A program made the position numbers and the translations under genes. From Planctomycetota bacterium (GTDB lineage: Bacteria > Planctomycetota > Planctomycetia > Pirellulales > UBA1268): a DNA stretch of 64,000 bases. Location of the stretch: positions 131,846 to 195,845 of the forward strand of contig QWOQ01000005.1 of the NCBI GenBank assembly GCA_003669585.1, in the 5' to 3' direction. Positions 31,437-42,287 of this stretch are shown piece by piece (the stretch's first letter is position 1; each line of letters opens with the position of its first letter). The notes under the pieces are model-generated. The model searched no databases. It was not told the DNA's origin and saw only the letters and a list, made by a program, of their open reading frames with translations.

Positions 31437-32774
31437 ATGCACGAGTCCTTACGATCTCCTTCATCGTCTACCGACACTGCAATTGTTTCGGTCTCCTCTC
31501 GCGAGGCGACTTGTCTGAGCGAACTTTCCCCCCAACAGGTAAAGTCGGGTCTTGCAGCCTGGCTGGGCTGGTTGTTTGACGGACTCGACATGCACTTGTA
31601 CGTGCTGGTGGCGACTCCGTTTGTGGCGGAATTGTTGGGAGTCACCAATCAGAAAGACCCGCAGGTTGGCTACTACAGCTCGTTGATTCAGGCTGCGTTT
31701 CTGATCGGCTGGGCCTTGGGAGGAAGCTTCTTTGGCCGTGTCGCTGATCGTGTGGGTCGCAGTCGGGCTCTCATGCTGACGATCCTCACCTATGCCGCAT
31801 TTACCGGTCTCTCGTTCTTTGCACAGACGTGGTGGCATCTGCTCATCTTTCGATTTTTGGCGGCGCTCGGCATCGGGGGCGAGTGGGCTGTCGGAGCGGC
31901 GCTACTGTCCGAGACGTGGCCGCGTCGCTGGAGGCCGTGGATGGCTGCTGTCCTTCAAACGGGAGTGAATCTCGGTGTGATGCTGGCGGGTCTGGCGATC
32001 TTTTTGCTGGCAGACTATCCGAAGCGAACGGTGTTTCTGGTGGGAATTCTCCCGGCACTGTTAGTGCTTTGGATTCGACAAGCCGTCCCGGAGCCGGAGG
32101 AGTGGCATGCGGCCAAGCAGCAGTCTTTGGACTCGCCGCCGAAGTTTCTCGATCTCTTTCGCGGAGATGTCCGTCGCACGACAGTGCTGACGCTGATCGT
32201 CTGCACACTCTCTTTGACGGGGCATTGGGCCTTTCTGTTCTGGCATCTGCAACATGTGAGAAACCTTCCGGAAATCAGCCAATGGGCCGATGCAGAGAAG
32301 AGCCAGTTGATTAGCCAGATGGTGTGGGTGGTGATGCTGATGTCGATTGTGGGGAACTTTCTGGCTGGATTTATGGCTCAGTGGTTGAAGTACCGGACGG
32401 CCATCGCACTGCTGTTTCTGGGGTACTTTGTGTCGATGACGGTCACCTACTCCACCCCTCGCGATCACCATGCGTTATGGTATTGTTTTGTCCCCATCGG
32501 GTTGTGTCATGGGTGCTTCGCCCTGTTCACGATGTATTTGCCGCCGTTGTTTCCCACGTTACTCAGGACGACTGGAGCCGGTTTCTGTTACAACTTTGGC
32601 CGCATCGTGGCTGGAGTGGGGACGGTGTTCTTTGGACTCTTTTCCAAGGTCGGCGATTCGCGGCTCGCTCTGTTTTATGCGGGTTTCCTTTTTCTGCCTG
32701 CTGCATGTTTTGCCATTCTGTTGCCCGAGCCTCCTGCCGAACCATCGATAATTCCTCCCCGAACAGTTGAGTAA
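31437..32774 (+). CDS. MFS transporter
   Basis: GWLFDGLD, GRVADRVGR, GIGGEW, LFPTLLRTTG. Confidence 0.92.
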   Translation: MHESLRSPSSSTDTAIVSVSSREATCLSELSPQQVKSGLAAWLGWLFDGLDMHLYVLVATPFVAELLGVTNQKDPQVGYYSSLIQAAFLIGWALGGSFFGRVADRVGRSRALMLTILTYAAFTGLSFFAQTWWHLLIFRFLAALGIGGEWAVGAALLSETWPRRWRPWMAAVLQTGVNLGVMLAGLAIFLLADYPKRTVFLVGILPALLVLWIRQAVPEPEEWHAAKQQSLDSPPKFLDLFRGDVRRTTVLTLIVCTLSLTGHWAFLFWHLQHVRNLPEISQWADAEKSQLISQMVWVVMLMSIVGNFLAGFMAQWLKYRTAIALLFLGYFVSMTVTYSTPRDHHALWYCFVPIGLCHGCFALFTMYLPPLFPTLLRTTGAGFCYNFGRIVAGVGTVFFGLFSKVGDSRLALFYAGFLFLPAACFAILLPEPPAEPSIIPPRTVE

Positions 32775-32775
32775 G

Positions 32776-33804
32776 ATGAAAAGTTCTTTCCCGTCGACTG
32801 CGGCCTCTGGCAATTCTGCAGGAGCGTTTCGCTACGACGCACACGACCACTGGGCGCAGCTGCCGCACGGTTGGAGTTGGAATGAAGTCACTGCAGTGGC
32901 TGTGGATTCCCAAGATCGAGTCTTGGTATTCAATCGGGGAGATCATCCAGTGCTGGTCTTCGAACGCGACGGAGCGTTCGTGACTTCTTGGGGCGAAGGA
33001 GCCTTCGCCCGCCCGCATGGGATTACGATCGGTGCGGATGATTGTGTCTACTGCACGGATGACCTCGATCATACTGTCAAGAAATTCACGCCCGACGGAC
33101 ACTTGTTGATGACTCTGGGTACGAGCGGAAAACCCTCGAATACCGGGGCGACGAGCATTGATTATCGCACGATTTGTCACGCTGGTGAGCCGTTTTATTT
33201 TCCGACCAATATCGCATTGGCTGCCGATGGAGCAATCTATGTGACGGATGGGTATGGCAACGCTCGCGTTCATAAGTTCAATGCCGATGGCCAGTTGCTG
33301 TTCTCGTGGGGAGAGCCAGGCAGCGATCCGGGACAGTTTCGTGTCCCGCATGGGATCGCGATTGATCGCGAGGGACAGGTCTTCGTGGCGGATCGCGAGA
33401 ATAGCCGCATCCAGGTCTTCTCGCCCACCGGGGAATTCCTTCGTGAGATGACGAACATGGCGCGTCCGTGTCAGGTTGTATTCGACGCAGCGGGCAATCT
33501 CTACGTCGCTGAATTGGGATACCGCGCAGGCATGTGGCCCGGCACCACCGCTCCGTCGCCGGATGCGACCGGGGGGCGAGTGAGCATCTTCGCCTCCGCT
33601 GGCCAATTACTGGCTCGTTGGGGCGGGGGTGAGAACCCGACAGCTCTCGGAGACTTCTTCGCCCCACATGACATTCGTGTCGATTCCCACGGGGATGTCT
33701 ACGTGTCGGAAGTCGTCATGTCAGCGGGCGGGAATCGCGGACTGGTTTCACCGACCTGTCACAGTCTTCAGAAGTTCACGCGGCGACACGATACGATGGA
33801 ATGA
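32776..33804 (+). CDS. NHL-repeat beta-propeller (peptidyl-alpha-hydroxyglycine lyase-like)
   Basis: RPHGI, YVTDGYGNARV, PHGIAID, VADRENSRIQ, PHDI. Confidence 0.88.
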   Translation: MKSSFPSTAASGNSAGAFRYDAHDHWAQLPHGWSWNEVTAVAVDSQDRVLVFNRGDHPVLVFERDGAFVTSWGEGAFARPHGITIGADDCVYCTDDLDHTVKKFTPDGHLLMTLGTSGKPSNTGATSIDYRTICHAGEPFYFPTNIALAADGAIYVTDGYGNARVHKFNADGQLLFSWGEPGSDPGQFRVPHGIAIDREGQVFVADRENSRIQVFSPTGEFLREMTNMARPCQVVFDAAGNLYVAELGYRAGMWPGTTAPSPDATGGRVSIFASAGQLLARWGGGENPTALGDFFAPHDIRVDSHGDVYVSEVVMSAGGNRGLVSPTCHSLQKFTRRHDTME

Positions 33805-33855
33805 TCTCGTACTCCTTGCGACGATTCACGGTTCATCCACGAGAGGCACAGACCA

Positions 33856-34950
33856 ATGCGAGCATGGCGTTTTTACGGGTTCGGTGATTTTCGTCTCGAA
33901 GAAGTCGCTCCACCCGAGTTGCGACCGCGGCACGTGCTTGTGGAACCATTGTGCGTCCAGCCCAGCGTGACAGAGGCCCAGCTGGCGTTTGGGATTCCGA
34001 CATTGGCGTATGATCGTGTCAAACGACGACTCGAAGCCGATGCTCCACTCCAGTTGTTTGGACACGAGTTCTGTGCCCGCATCATTGAAGTCGGTCCCGG
34101 TGTGACTCGCTTTCATGTCGGCGACCGTGTGGCGGCCCGTGCAAAGCTGCCGTGTGAGCAGTGCCTCTTGTGTTTGAGTGAGCGGAGTTCACTCTGTCGC
34201 ACAGGTCCCGTGATCGGTTTCGACCAGCCGGGTTGTTTCAGTGAGATTGCGCTGCTCCCTGAGATTTCTCTGGTGCGTGTCGATGACAGCATCTCGGACA
34301 GCGAGGCCGCTTGCCTGCAATCTCTGAGCGATAGCGTGGCTGCAGTCGAGACCGCTCAAATTCAGATTGGCAATTCGATCGTGATCTTCGGTCAGGGCAG
34401 CATGGGGTTGGAGTGTTTGCAGATCGCAAGGATCAGCGGAGCAGGGCGAGTTATTACGGTCGACGTGCGTGACGAGTCGTGCCGTATGTCGAAGGAGTTG
34501 GGGGCTGACTACGCTCTTAATGCAACCCGGTGCGATGTCGTGGCTGAGATTCGCAACTTGACCGATGGCATTGGAGCTGACGTCGTATTTGAGTGCGCTG
34601 GAGGAAGTCCCAAGCAAGGGCTGGCTGGAACGCAAACGCTGCGGCAGGCCATCGATACCGCGCGATCTGGCGGCAAGGTTATCGGGGTCTCCTGGTTCGG
34701 TGGTCCGCTGGAACTCGATGTCGATCTCCTGCGTGAGCGCAGCTTGCGCTACATTTTTCCAGACATCAGCACGCAGGCCCATCTCGAACACACCGTCCGC
34801 CTCGTCGCTTCGGGGCGGGTCAACCTGCGTCCCACGATTACGCACGTCTTACAGGGGATTGAGTCGGTGGCCGAGGCCTTTGAGATCACCGCGAACAAAG
34901 GCAAATACAAGGCGATTAACCCGGCCCAGGTGATGTTCCAGCGAGGATAA
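33856..34950 (+). CDS. Zinc-binding (MDR) alcohol/sugar dehydrogenase
   Basis: FGHEF, CEQCLLC...C structural Zn site, GQGSMG. Confidence 0.9.
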   Translation: MRAWRFYGFGDFRLEEVAPPELRPRHVLVEPLCVQPSVTEAQLAFGIPTLAYDRVKRRLEADAPLQLFGHEFCARIIEVGPGVTRFHVGDRVAARAKLPCEQCLLCLSERSSLCRTGPVIGFDQPGCFSEIALLPEISLVRVDDSISDSEAACLQSLSDSVAAVETAQIQIGNSIVIFGQGSMGLECLQIARISGAGRVITVDVRDESCRMSKELGADYALNATRCDVVAEIRNLTDGIGADVVFECAGGSPKQGLAGTQTLRQAIDTARSGGKVIGVSWFGGPLELDVDLLRERSLRYIFPDISTQAHLEHTVRLVASGRVNLRPTITHVLQGIESVAEAFEITANKGKYKAINPAQVMFQRG

Positions 34951-35176
34951 ATCTACCCATGCCCTGCCTGCGAGAAGTCACCGGAACCGTCATGCGTTCG
35001 CAGCGGTGCAGCCCGCCAGCAGGAGCCGTTTCACTTCGAATTCGAGGTTCGCAAGCAGACGAAGGCTAGGGATCGCTTCGTACGCGTGAAGATAAGAACC
35101 TGACACACCTCGGCGAACTGCTCCGTGCCGTGAACGGCCTCAACCTTCACCCAATCGACCGTTCGTCAACCGGCCA

Positions 35177-35212
35177 ACGCTTGCCGAAGTGTCGTTGACC
35201 GGGCTATCCTTG
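35177..35212 (+). repeat. 36-bp module-junction site, copy 2
   Basis: ACGCTTGCCGAAGTGTCGTTGACCGGGCTATCCTTG. Confidence 0.9.
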
Positions 35213-35303
35213 GCTCCGCATTCGTTCGTCGTCTCCTTTCATTCGTCGGGCACTTCCAGATTTGTCTTTGGATTCGTCTCACCATCTTACAAAGGAGAGC
35301 CAC

Positions 35304-36374
35304 TTGATCCGTCACCTCATCACACTCGCAACGTTGATCGTCTTGGGACTTTTCTCCACCGTAAGTGTCCAAGCTGCGGATCTGATTCGCATCGGAATTC
35401 TCGGCATCGATAACTATGGGTCGGTCGCGTACACGGAATTTCTCAACAAGCCGCATGCCGAGGGAGTCTTCGAGGGGATGCGAGTCGTCGCCGCGTATCC
35501 CATCGGCAGCGATGACTACCCAGAGAGCAAGACGCTGGGAGACAAGTGGAAAGATCAGCTCTCGAAGATGTATCAGACTCCGAAAGACCCGAAGGACGCG
35601 GTGCCGCCGATCGATTGGGTCGATTCGCTCGACGAACTGTTGAAGCGCGTCGATTGCGTGATGATCTTCAGCCTCGACGCTCGACTGCATCGCAAACAGG
35701 CGGAATCGGTGCTGCGAGCAGGTAAGAAACTTTTTATCGGCCGGCCGTTGGCGTCTTCGCCGGAAGATGCGGTCGCGATCATGAAGCTCGCCGCCGAAAC
35801 AAAGACCCCGTGCTGGAGCGGTTCACAGCATCGCTTCAGCACCGGCTTCGCCGGGATGGTCAATCATCCTGAAGTCGGCAAGGTGATCGGCTGCGATGTC
35901 TATGGTGGCTGGGATCCGAAGACTCCCGAAGTGGATAAGTTCTGGCTTCCGCTGCATAGCCTCGAAACGCTCTACACGATCATGGGGGGACCGGGCGTCG
36001 TGTCAGTGACGTGTGCTTCGACGCCAACCACCGAATCCATCACCGCCACTTGGAAAGACGGCCGCGTCGGAACGTACCGAGGCATCAAAGAGGGAGCGGT
36101 CAAATACAGCGCGACGGTCTTCGGCGACAAAGGAGTTTCGACGGCTGGCATCTACGGCCACGGCATCCCGGTCATGGGAGTTGTCCCGACGAACGACGAA
36201 TACGTCGGCTACAAACCGCTGGCCACCGAGATCGCCAAGTTCTTCAAGACCGGCCAAGTCCCGGTCCAGCCCGGCGAAACGCTGGAGATCTTCGCTCTGA
36301 TGCAGGCCGCCGAAGAAAGTAAAGCCAAAGGCGGAGCCGTCGTGCCGCTGAAGAACCTTTGGGAAACGAAGTAA
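35304..36374 (+). CDS. Gfo/Idh/MocA-like oxidoreductase, signal peptide
   Basis: IRIGILG, FIGRPLA; RBS AAGGAG before TTG 35304. Confidence 0.75.
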   Translation: MIRHLITLATLIVLGLFSTVSVQAADLIRIGILGIDNYGSVAYTEFLNKPHAEGVFEGMRVVAAYPIGSDDYPESKTLGDKWKDQLSKMYQTPKDPKDAVPPIDWVDSLDELLKRVDCVMIFSLDARLHRKQAESVLRAGKKLFIGRPLASSPEDAVAIMKLAAETKTPCWSGSQHRFSTGFAGMVNHPEVGKVIGCDVYGGWDPKTPEVDKFWLPLHSLETLYTIMGGPGVVSVTCASTPTTESITATWKDGRVGTYRGIKEGAVKYSATVFGDKGVSTAGIYGHGIPVMGVVPTNDEYVGYKPLATEIAKFFKTGQVPVQPGETLEIFALMQAAEESKAKGGAVVPLKNLWETK

Positions 36375-36603
36375 TCGTCGGCGAGTTGCTCCCTTGATTT
36401 GCATTCCGAGCGTCGTTGAACACCCGATGTGGCATTTCGTGTTAGTTTCCAATCGCCTTGAAAATCTCAATTGCGGGAGCAACTGAGCTACGTTTATTTG
36501 TCGTCTGCAACCGCGGTGAAGACAGCCGCATCGAGAGAGTCCGCGAGGTGCAGCCGCGGCACTTTGGCCGGCAACTGGGCCGGCCCGGCTCGTCATCGGT
36601 CAC

Positions 36604-36639
36604 GCGTTTGTGGAAGTGCCGTTGACCGGGCTATCCTTT
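36604..36639 (+). repeat. 36-bp module-junction site, copy 3
   Basis: GCGTTTGTGGAAGTGCCGTTGACCGGGCTATCCTTT. Confidence 0.9.
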
Positions 36640-36839
36640 GGCGAACGTCTACACGCTGCTGTCGAAGAACTCCGGCCAGACGCATGCGCCGCCGAGCTGC
36701 GTCCCATTCCATACGCGGATCAGGCAAGACGATTCGACAATTTGTGTACGGGCGTATATATTCTTGCGAAGAACATGCGTCTTGTTGACCTCCGCTCTGT
36801 GCAGCGGCTTCCCCCGAAAACGACAGTTCTTCCGCAGCC

Positions 36840-37184
36840 ATGAAGACCGCCGCAACCAACCTCCGCCTCACGCCGAGCGAGCGCGACGGGATACGAGCCG
36901 CAGTACAAAAGGCCTGCGGGGAGACGGGGGCAGTCTGGCGGCGGATTGTGGTTTTCGGTTCGCGTACTGATCCGAACCGTCGCGGGGGCGACATCGACCT
37001 ACTCGTCGAGTTGGAGCCAGCAAGACCGGCTGACACGTTTCGTCTGAACCAAAGGCTACGGATGGCGCTTGAAGACGAACTCGGCGAGCAACGCATCGAT
37101 CTTGTCCTCGATGACGGCAACGCGGACAGCGTGTTCCCGACGCTTGCACGCGAGACAGGAGTCGAGTTGTGGTCGAACACCTGA
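36840..37184 (+). CDS. Minimal nucleotidyltransferase (MNT) antitoxin
   Basis: FGSRTDPNRRGGDIDL (GSx10DxD). Confidence 0.88.
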   Translation: MKTAATNLRLTPSERDGIRAAVQKACGETGAVWRRIVVFGSRTDPNRRGGDIDLLVELEPARPADTFRLNQRLRMALEDELGEQRIDLVLDDGNADSVFPTLARETGVELWSNT

Positions 37185-37570
37185 AGAAGTTGCTCACAGA
37201 CCAAATCGCTCTGATGCGGGCCGCGGTTCAAGTGCTCGACGAGTCCCGTATTCGTGTTTCTGCCTTTGCTGATCGGCTGGATAGCGAGCTGACCATAAGC
37301 GAGCGGGAGTCGTGCGAGGCGCTGACTTCTCGCTTCGCGAGACTCAATGATTTCCTGTTGCAGCGAGTGTTTCGCACCCTCGACCAAATCGAACTGGCGG
37401 ACGAAGGGACGGTCCTTGATCGTCTGCAGCGGGCGGAGGCTCGTGGGCTTATCTCCTCCGCTGAGCGTTGGCGGGAGTTGCGACTGCTCCGGAACGCGAT
37501 CGCACACGACTACCTGATTGAGAGTGTCGATCGCGTGCTTCGCGAGTCGCTGATCGCAGCCCCGAACTGA
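37169..37570 (+). CDS. HEPN-domain toxin (possibly C-terminally frameshifted)
   Basis: RNAIAHDY (Rx4H), overlaps MNT gene. Confidence 0.85.
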   Translation: MVEHLKKLLTDQIALMRAAVQVLDESRIRVSAFADRLDSELTISERESCEALTSRFARLNDFLLQRVFRTLDQIELADEGTVLDRLQRAEARGLISSAERWRELRLLRNAIAHDYLIESVDRVLRESLIAAPN

Positions 37571-37811
37571 TCGAGACCGCCGAATGTGTCGGCCGTTATG
37601 TCCATGCAAAGGGCTACAGCGGCGAGAGTTATTAAGCCCGATGACTCCCCGACAATCATCTGAAACTGGTTCTGAGCTTTGACTCAGTGCCCGTAAAGCA
37701 TCCGGGCGACCCGTTGTGTAACGTTTCTTCTGTAAATAACCGGTATGGGCCTGACAGTTTGAAAAGGCGGGTCATAGAGGTTTTCTTGGAAGTGAGCCCC
37801 GTTTTCTTCCC

Positions 37812-38500
37812 ATGATTGGTTCGTCGCTTGTGACAGGCACCAACAAACTCATTCCGGCGGAGGAATTTCGGCATTCCCAGACAGACGAGACCGGCGAGGT
37901 TCAGAAGGATGCCAACGGGCACGAACTGAAAGGCAGAGCAATCGATCGGGCGCTTGCTACCTCGCGCACGGTGAGAGTCCGCATTCCATCTGTCCACTCT
38001 TCGGCTCCCTCTTCGGCACGATCTACGACATCAGTAGGATCTTCATTCTGTGGTTTGCGGGTGCATCGGCGATGGCCGGACTTTTGAACATGGTGCCCCG
38101 CTATCTGGCGCGTTACGGTATGGCACCCCAGTGGGCAGCCGCCTATCGGCCTCTGGTGGTTACGTTCACGATTATCAATCTGATCGTGACCTGGTTTTTC
38201 CGGGCGAATGTCGCGGCGCAGGGAGGTGCCTATGCCACCGACGTGCTGGTTCTCATGACCAGCGCGTGTGTTGGATCATGGGTGCACATCTATCGAAAAA
38301 AACCCCTGACAACTCAAGACCTCCGTGGGCGGTTGCGAATGCTGATCGGTTTCGGCCTGATCACCGTTGTTTTCATCAACACCACGATCGCCAACATGAT
38401 CGCACGGCCCAACGGCGTTGTGATCGCCTCCATTTTTATCCTGTGCGTGATGATCATTTCCATTATGTCGCGAGTCCTGCGCAGCGTCGCAATTCCTGAT
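37812..38500 (+). pseudogene. Truncated, frameshifted APC-family permease
   Basis: LIPAEEF...RA/YLAHG (frameshift)...FGTIYDIS...[26 protein letters not shown]...AQGGAYAT; 5' half missing, 3' end fused to unrelated sequence. Confidence 0.7.
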
Positions 38501-38876
38501 CGCTGGGTTCGCCTGCATCGTTCTTGTGAACGGCCCACGGATCACACGCTCAGGACCAAAGCCCTCGCCGCGATTGACTCGAAGCTAGCAGAGCCGATTG
38601 TGAAAGGGCAGAGGATCTTCACCTGTGGGCACAGCTTTCATGTCTGGGTGCCGGGGATTGTCGTCGACCACATTCGCGAACTATGTTCGTCGAATAACGA
38701 TGCAATTGGAAGAAAAGCGACAGCGGAAGCTATAAACAAAAACGAGGGGATGCCTGATACGCAGTTCTGTGACACGCGTTATCACCGGACTTCTCAATCT
38801 GAGTTGCCTGCAAGAACAGGTTGGATCTTCGATGGGCATTCAGTCCAGTGCGAGGGTGATCGATTACCCTGTCGAC

Positions 38877-41237
38877 TTATCGCTTGAAGAACAGATCTGA
38901 CAAAATCAGGTTCTCAATGACTGTGCGGAGTTTGTATTCCTCTTTCTGACTCGCGACCGTGATGGCTTTGATCTGTGCTGTATCATCGATCGTCATGACT
39001 CTCCGCAGAGCATAGGTTGCGAGTTGTTCGACGAAGGCTTCGGCAAAGCGGTCGGTGTCTTGAGCGAGTAATTGTTTGAACTCCTCCGAGCCGTTGTAAG
39101 AACGGCCATCCATCAGTTGGCCACTGGCGTTGACGGGGGGGGAGATTCCTTGTCCTCCCGGCACTTGTTCGCTCGTTCGCCAGCGGCCAATGGCGTCGAA
39201 GTTGTCAAAGGCAAAACCCAACGGGTCGATCTTCTGATGGCACGAAGCGCAGGTGGCATGCGTGGCATGGGATTCTAGCTGCATGCGGATCGTAGCCTTC
39301 GGTTGGTCGCTGGGAGTCGGTGCGAGCGGCTCGACGTTGGGTGGAGGTGGAGGGGGAGTGCGGCCAAAGACAGCTTCTGAAACCCAAACGCCGCGATGCA
39401 CCGGGCGATGCCGCGTGCCGTCCGATGTCAACGAGAGAATCGATGCCTGCGTCAGTAACCCGCCGCGATGCTCCTCGGGGCGGAGCAACACTCGCTGCAG
39501 GCTGCTGACCTCTGGACGAGGCAATCCATAGTGCATGGCCAGTCGCGGATTCATCATCGTCCAATCCGAAACCAGGAATTCCCGGAGCTGCAGGTTCTTG
39601 GAAAACACTTCACCGAAATAGCCAGTTGTCTCCTGCACCATGCTCTGTTCGAGCCACTTGTCGTAGTCGGGGAAGAGACTCGCATCGGGTGGGAACGCTC
39701 CAACACGGTGCAGCTGCAACCACTGGCGAGGAAACGATTCCGTGAAGCGACCGATCTTGGGATCGGCAAGCATCCGCGTCAGCTGCGCCCGCAGAACTTC
39801 TGGACGATGGAGCGTCCCTTGCTGAGCGAGGCCGTACAGCTCGTCGTCCGGCATCGAACTCCACAGGAAGTAGGACAGCCGGGAAGCAAGTTCCCAATCG
39901 TTGACGGTGTCACGTCGTAGCGAGGGCGAACCCTCTTCCAGGTAATAAAAGTTCTTGGAGGACAGCACGGCGACCATGGCCGCCCGATACGCGGAACGGA
40001 AAGTCTCCCCGGCAGCGACTTCGCTTTCGATCAGTTGGATGTAGCGATTTAGGTCCGCATCGGTCACAGGACGCCGCCAGGCCAGAGTCACAAATCGGTT
40101 CAGGCTCTCGCGGGCTGCCTTCAGGTCGTCAGCCTGAGCGGGGATCAGTCCTGCACGTTTCTTCTGATCCGATGCAGGAAGTATTGGACCCTCGGTCTCC
40201 ACCCAATCGACAATCAGCAGCGGAAAGATCGATTGCCCAGCGTCGTTGAACAGCCGGTAGGCGGTCGGCTGATTCGAGCGGCTGTCAGTGGTGTTCACAA
40301 ATGGGGACTGAGAGACACTGGGAGTCTGACCGTCGGCCAACATCCCCGGGGATTCGTTCATCACATTGAACTGGCCTTCGGGGAGAAACGTCTCGATTTC
40401 AATGACCGTCGGCTTGTCTTCCGGAGCGTCAACATCCAGACCGACGATCGAGCGTTTTAATTGATGATGCCAGAGCGCGAGATGCGGTAAACGGCCTTTG
40501 AAGGAGGGCAGGGCACTGAGCCGAATCCGAATTCGGTACAAGCCGGGCATGCTGGCGGTGACAAGGTGCTGCCCATGCCCTGGCCAAAGGGGCCAGCGAA
40601 CCGGACCGACCAGACCTTGCCCCGCGCTGGCTTCGCGGCGTGTCTTCTGTGAAGTCGGTTCCTGGTCGGGAAAGGCCCGTTCGAGGACCGTCTCAGCTGC
40701 TCGAAAGTAACGATCGACGTGCGACGGAGAGAGTGTCAGCAACGAACCGATGCGGTCGAAACCATGCCAGCGCGGATCTTCGTTAAACGCTCCCGGCAGG
40801 TTCACATCGAAGTAGACACCAAGCAGGTCGTAGACCGTGTGTCCGTATTCCTCACGGCTGAGACGGTAGTGCGAGACTGGCCCTCGCTGGGCCATCCTCG
40901 CGGCTTCGCCTTCCTGGATTCGCGTCGAGAGCCAATCGACAACTGCCCCCAGTTCTTGGGGCTTGGGCTGAGGTTCTTTCGTGGGCGGCATCTCGCCGGA
41001 GTTCAGCCGGAAGACGACTTCGGCCCATCGCTGCGCCGTGGCTTGAACGACGAATTCGCGAGGGAGAGTATCGAGCCGAAACTTGCCTTCCTGCTTCTGA
41101 GCGTTATGACAGCGCAGGCAATGGGTCTCAATAAAGGGTAGGACCGATTGGTCAAATCCGGCTACTCCATCGGCGGCGTTCGCTTCTGTGTTCACTGCGA
41201 ACAACAGTGCCCACAGCGAGAGTCTCATGACGAACAT
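38877..41237 (-). CDS. DUF1592/DUF1588 family cytochrome c protein (PSCyt)
   Basis: [50 protein letters not shown]. Confidence 0.9.
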   Translation of the reverse strand: MFVMRLSLWALLFAVNTEANAADGVAGFDQSVLPFIETHCLRCHNAQKQEGKFRLDTLPREFVVQATAQRWAEVVFRLNSGEMPPTKEPQPKPQELGAVVDWLSTRIQEGEAARMAQRGPVSHYRLSREEYGHTVYDLLGVYFDVNLPGAFNEDPRWHGFDRIGSLLTLSPSHVDRYFRAAETVLERAFPDQEPTSQKTRREASAGQGLVGPVRWPLWPGHGQHLVTASMPGLYRIRIRLSALPSFKGRLPHLALWHHQLKRSIVGLDVDAPEDKPTVIEIETFLPEGQFNVMNESPGMLADGQTPSVSQSPFVNTTDSRSNQPTAYRLFNDAGQSIFPLLIVDWVETEGPILPASDQKKRAGLIPAQADDLKAARESLNRFVTLAWRRPVTDADLNRYIQLIESEVAAGETFRSAYRAAMVAVLSSKNFYYLEEGSPSLRRDTVNDWELASRLSYFLWSSMPDDELYGLAQQGTLHRPEVLRAQLTRMLADPKIGRFTESFPRQWLQLHRVGAFPPDASLFPDYDKWLEQSMVQETTGYFGEVFSKNLQLREFLVSDWTMMNPRLAMHYGLPRPEVSSLQRVLLRPEEHRGGLLTQASILSLTSDGTRHRPVHRGVWVSEAVFGRTPPPPPPNVEPLAPTPSDQPKATIRMQLESHATHATCASCHQKIDPLGFAFDNFDAIGRWRTSEQVPGGQGISPPVNASGQLMDGRSYNGSEEFKQLLAQDTDRFAEAFVEQLATYALRRVMTIDDTAQIKAITVASQKEEYKLRTVIENLILSDLFFKR

Positions 41238-41296
41238 CGTCCCTCCAGTCGTCATTGGCCATGTTTCGCGAACGTCTTCGAGGGCGTGTCTGTCGG

Positions 41297-42238
41297 TCAC
41301 CATATGGCTCCCACCGGCTTCGCCCCAGCGTGCTTCATCCGAACGCTATAGAGTGAAGTTTTCGCCGTGATGAACAGTGTCTTGTAGTCCTCGCCACCGA
41401 AGTTGACGTTGGCGGGGCCTTCCGGGACTTCGATCTTCTCCAGCAGTTTGCCATCGGCGTTGTAAATAGTAACACCACCATGAGTCGTGTAGAGGTTGCC
41501 TAGCTCGTCAACGGTCATGCCGTCGCTTCCTTCCGAGATTGTGAAGAGCTTCTTGCCGAGTTGACCATCGTTATGAACCTCGTAGCAATGGACTCCGGCC
41601 GGGAGATTGTGGAATGCCGGATCGGGATGCTTGGGATGTCCACCCGTGTCGGCGATGTAGAGGCGGCTTTCATCGGGCGAGAAGTTGATCCCATTCGGCA
41701 TGGCCAGATCCTTGACGACAGGCTCGACCTTGCCCGTTGTCGGATCGAGCTTGAAGACCCAATGGCCGGGCAGTTCGCCGGGTCCGTTCAGTCCCCACGG
41801 CGGGTCGGTGAACCAGAGCGTGCCATCGGATTTCACCTCCACATCATTCGGAGAGTTGAATCGTTTGCCGTCGTATTTATCGGCCAGCACGGTGATGGAG
41901 CCATCCGCCTCGGTCCGCACAAGGTTGCGAGCGGCGTGCTGACAGGAGATGAGCCGCCCCTGAAGATCGAGGATGTTTCCGTTGGCTTGCTCGCAGGGAC
42001 GAAACACCGACAGTCCGTCGCCTGCTTTCCACTGCATCAGTTTACTATTGGGAATATCAGAGAAGACGAGCGTCTTCTTCGCGGGAATCCACACCGGTCC
42101 TTCGGTGAATTTCATGTCGCCCGCGAGCTTCTGCACCTTCTCACCGGGGGCGATCAGTGATATTTTTTCGTCAGCGCGAGCCGAACCGGCGATCACGGCC
42201 AGCAGTAGAACGAGAGTGGTAAGAACAGACTTCATCAT
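41297..42238 (-). CDS. SMP-30/gluconolactonase family protein, secreted
   Basis: FTEGPVW, FNSPND, FTDPP, PNGI, SDGMTVD. Confidence 0.92.
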   Translation of the reverse strand: MMKSVLTTLVLLLAVIAGSARADEKISLIAPGEKVQKLAGDMKFTEGPVWIPAKKTLVFSDIPNSKLMQWKAGDGLSVFRPCEQANGNILDLQGRLISCQHAARNLVRTEADGSITVLADKYDGKRFNSPNDVEVKSDGTLWFTDPPWGLNGPGELPGHWVFKLDPTTGKVEPVVKDLAMPNGINFSPDESRLYIADTGGHPKHPDPAFHNLPAGVHCYEVHNDGQLGKKLFTISEGSDGMTVDELGNLYTTHGGVTIYNADGKLLEKIEVPEGPANVNFGGEDYKTLFITAKTSLYSVRMKHAGAKPVGAIW

Positions 42239-42287
42239 CGAGACCTCCAGCGGTATAAGGGACGTTGCTTCAGGGTCAGAGGAGTTT

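Noticed and set aside
31255-31518. Small ORFs containing EVPLTGLSF (also 36610, 48446, 54401)
   Set aside because: They are translations of the DNA repeat; flanking peptides are unrelated and conservation is at the nucleotide level.
37626-37775. SAM-I, c-di-AMP riboswitch or hammerhead ribozyme
   Set aside because: Only short partial resemblance (GCCCGATGA); the other conserved core elements are missing.
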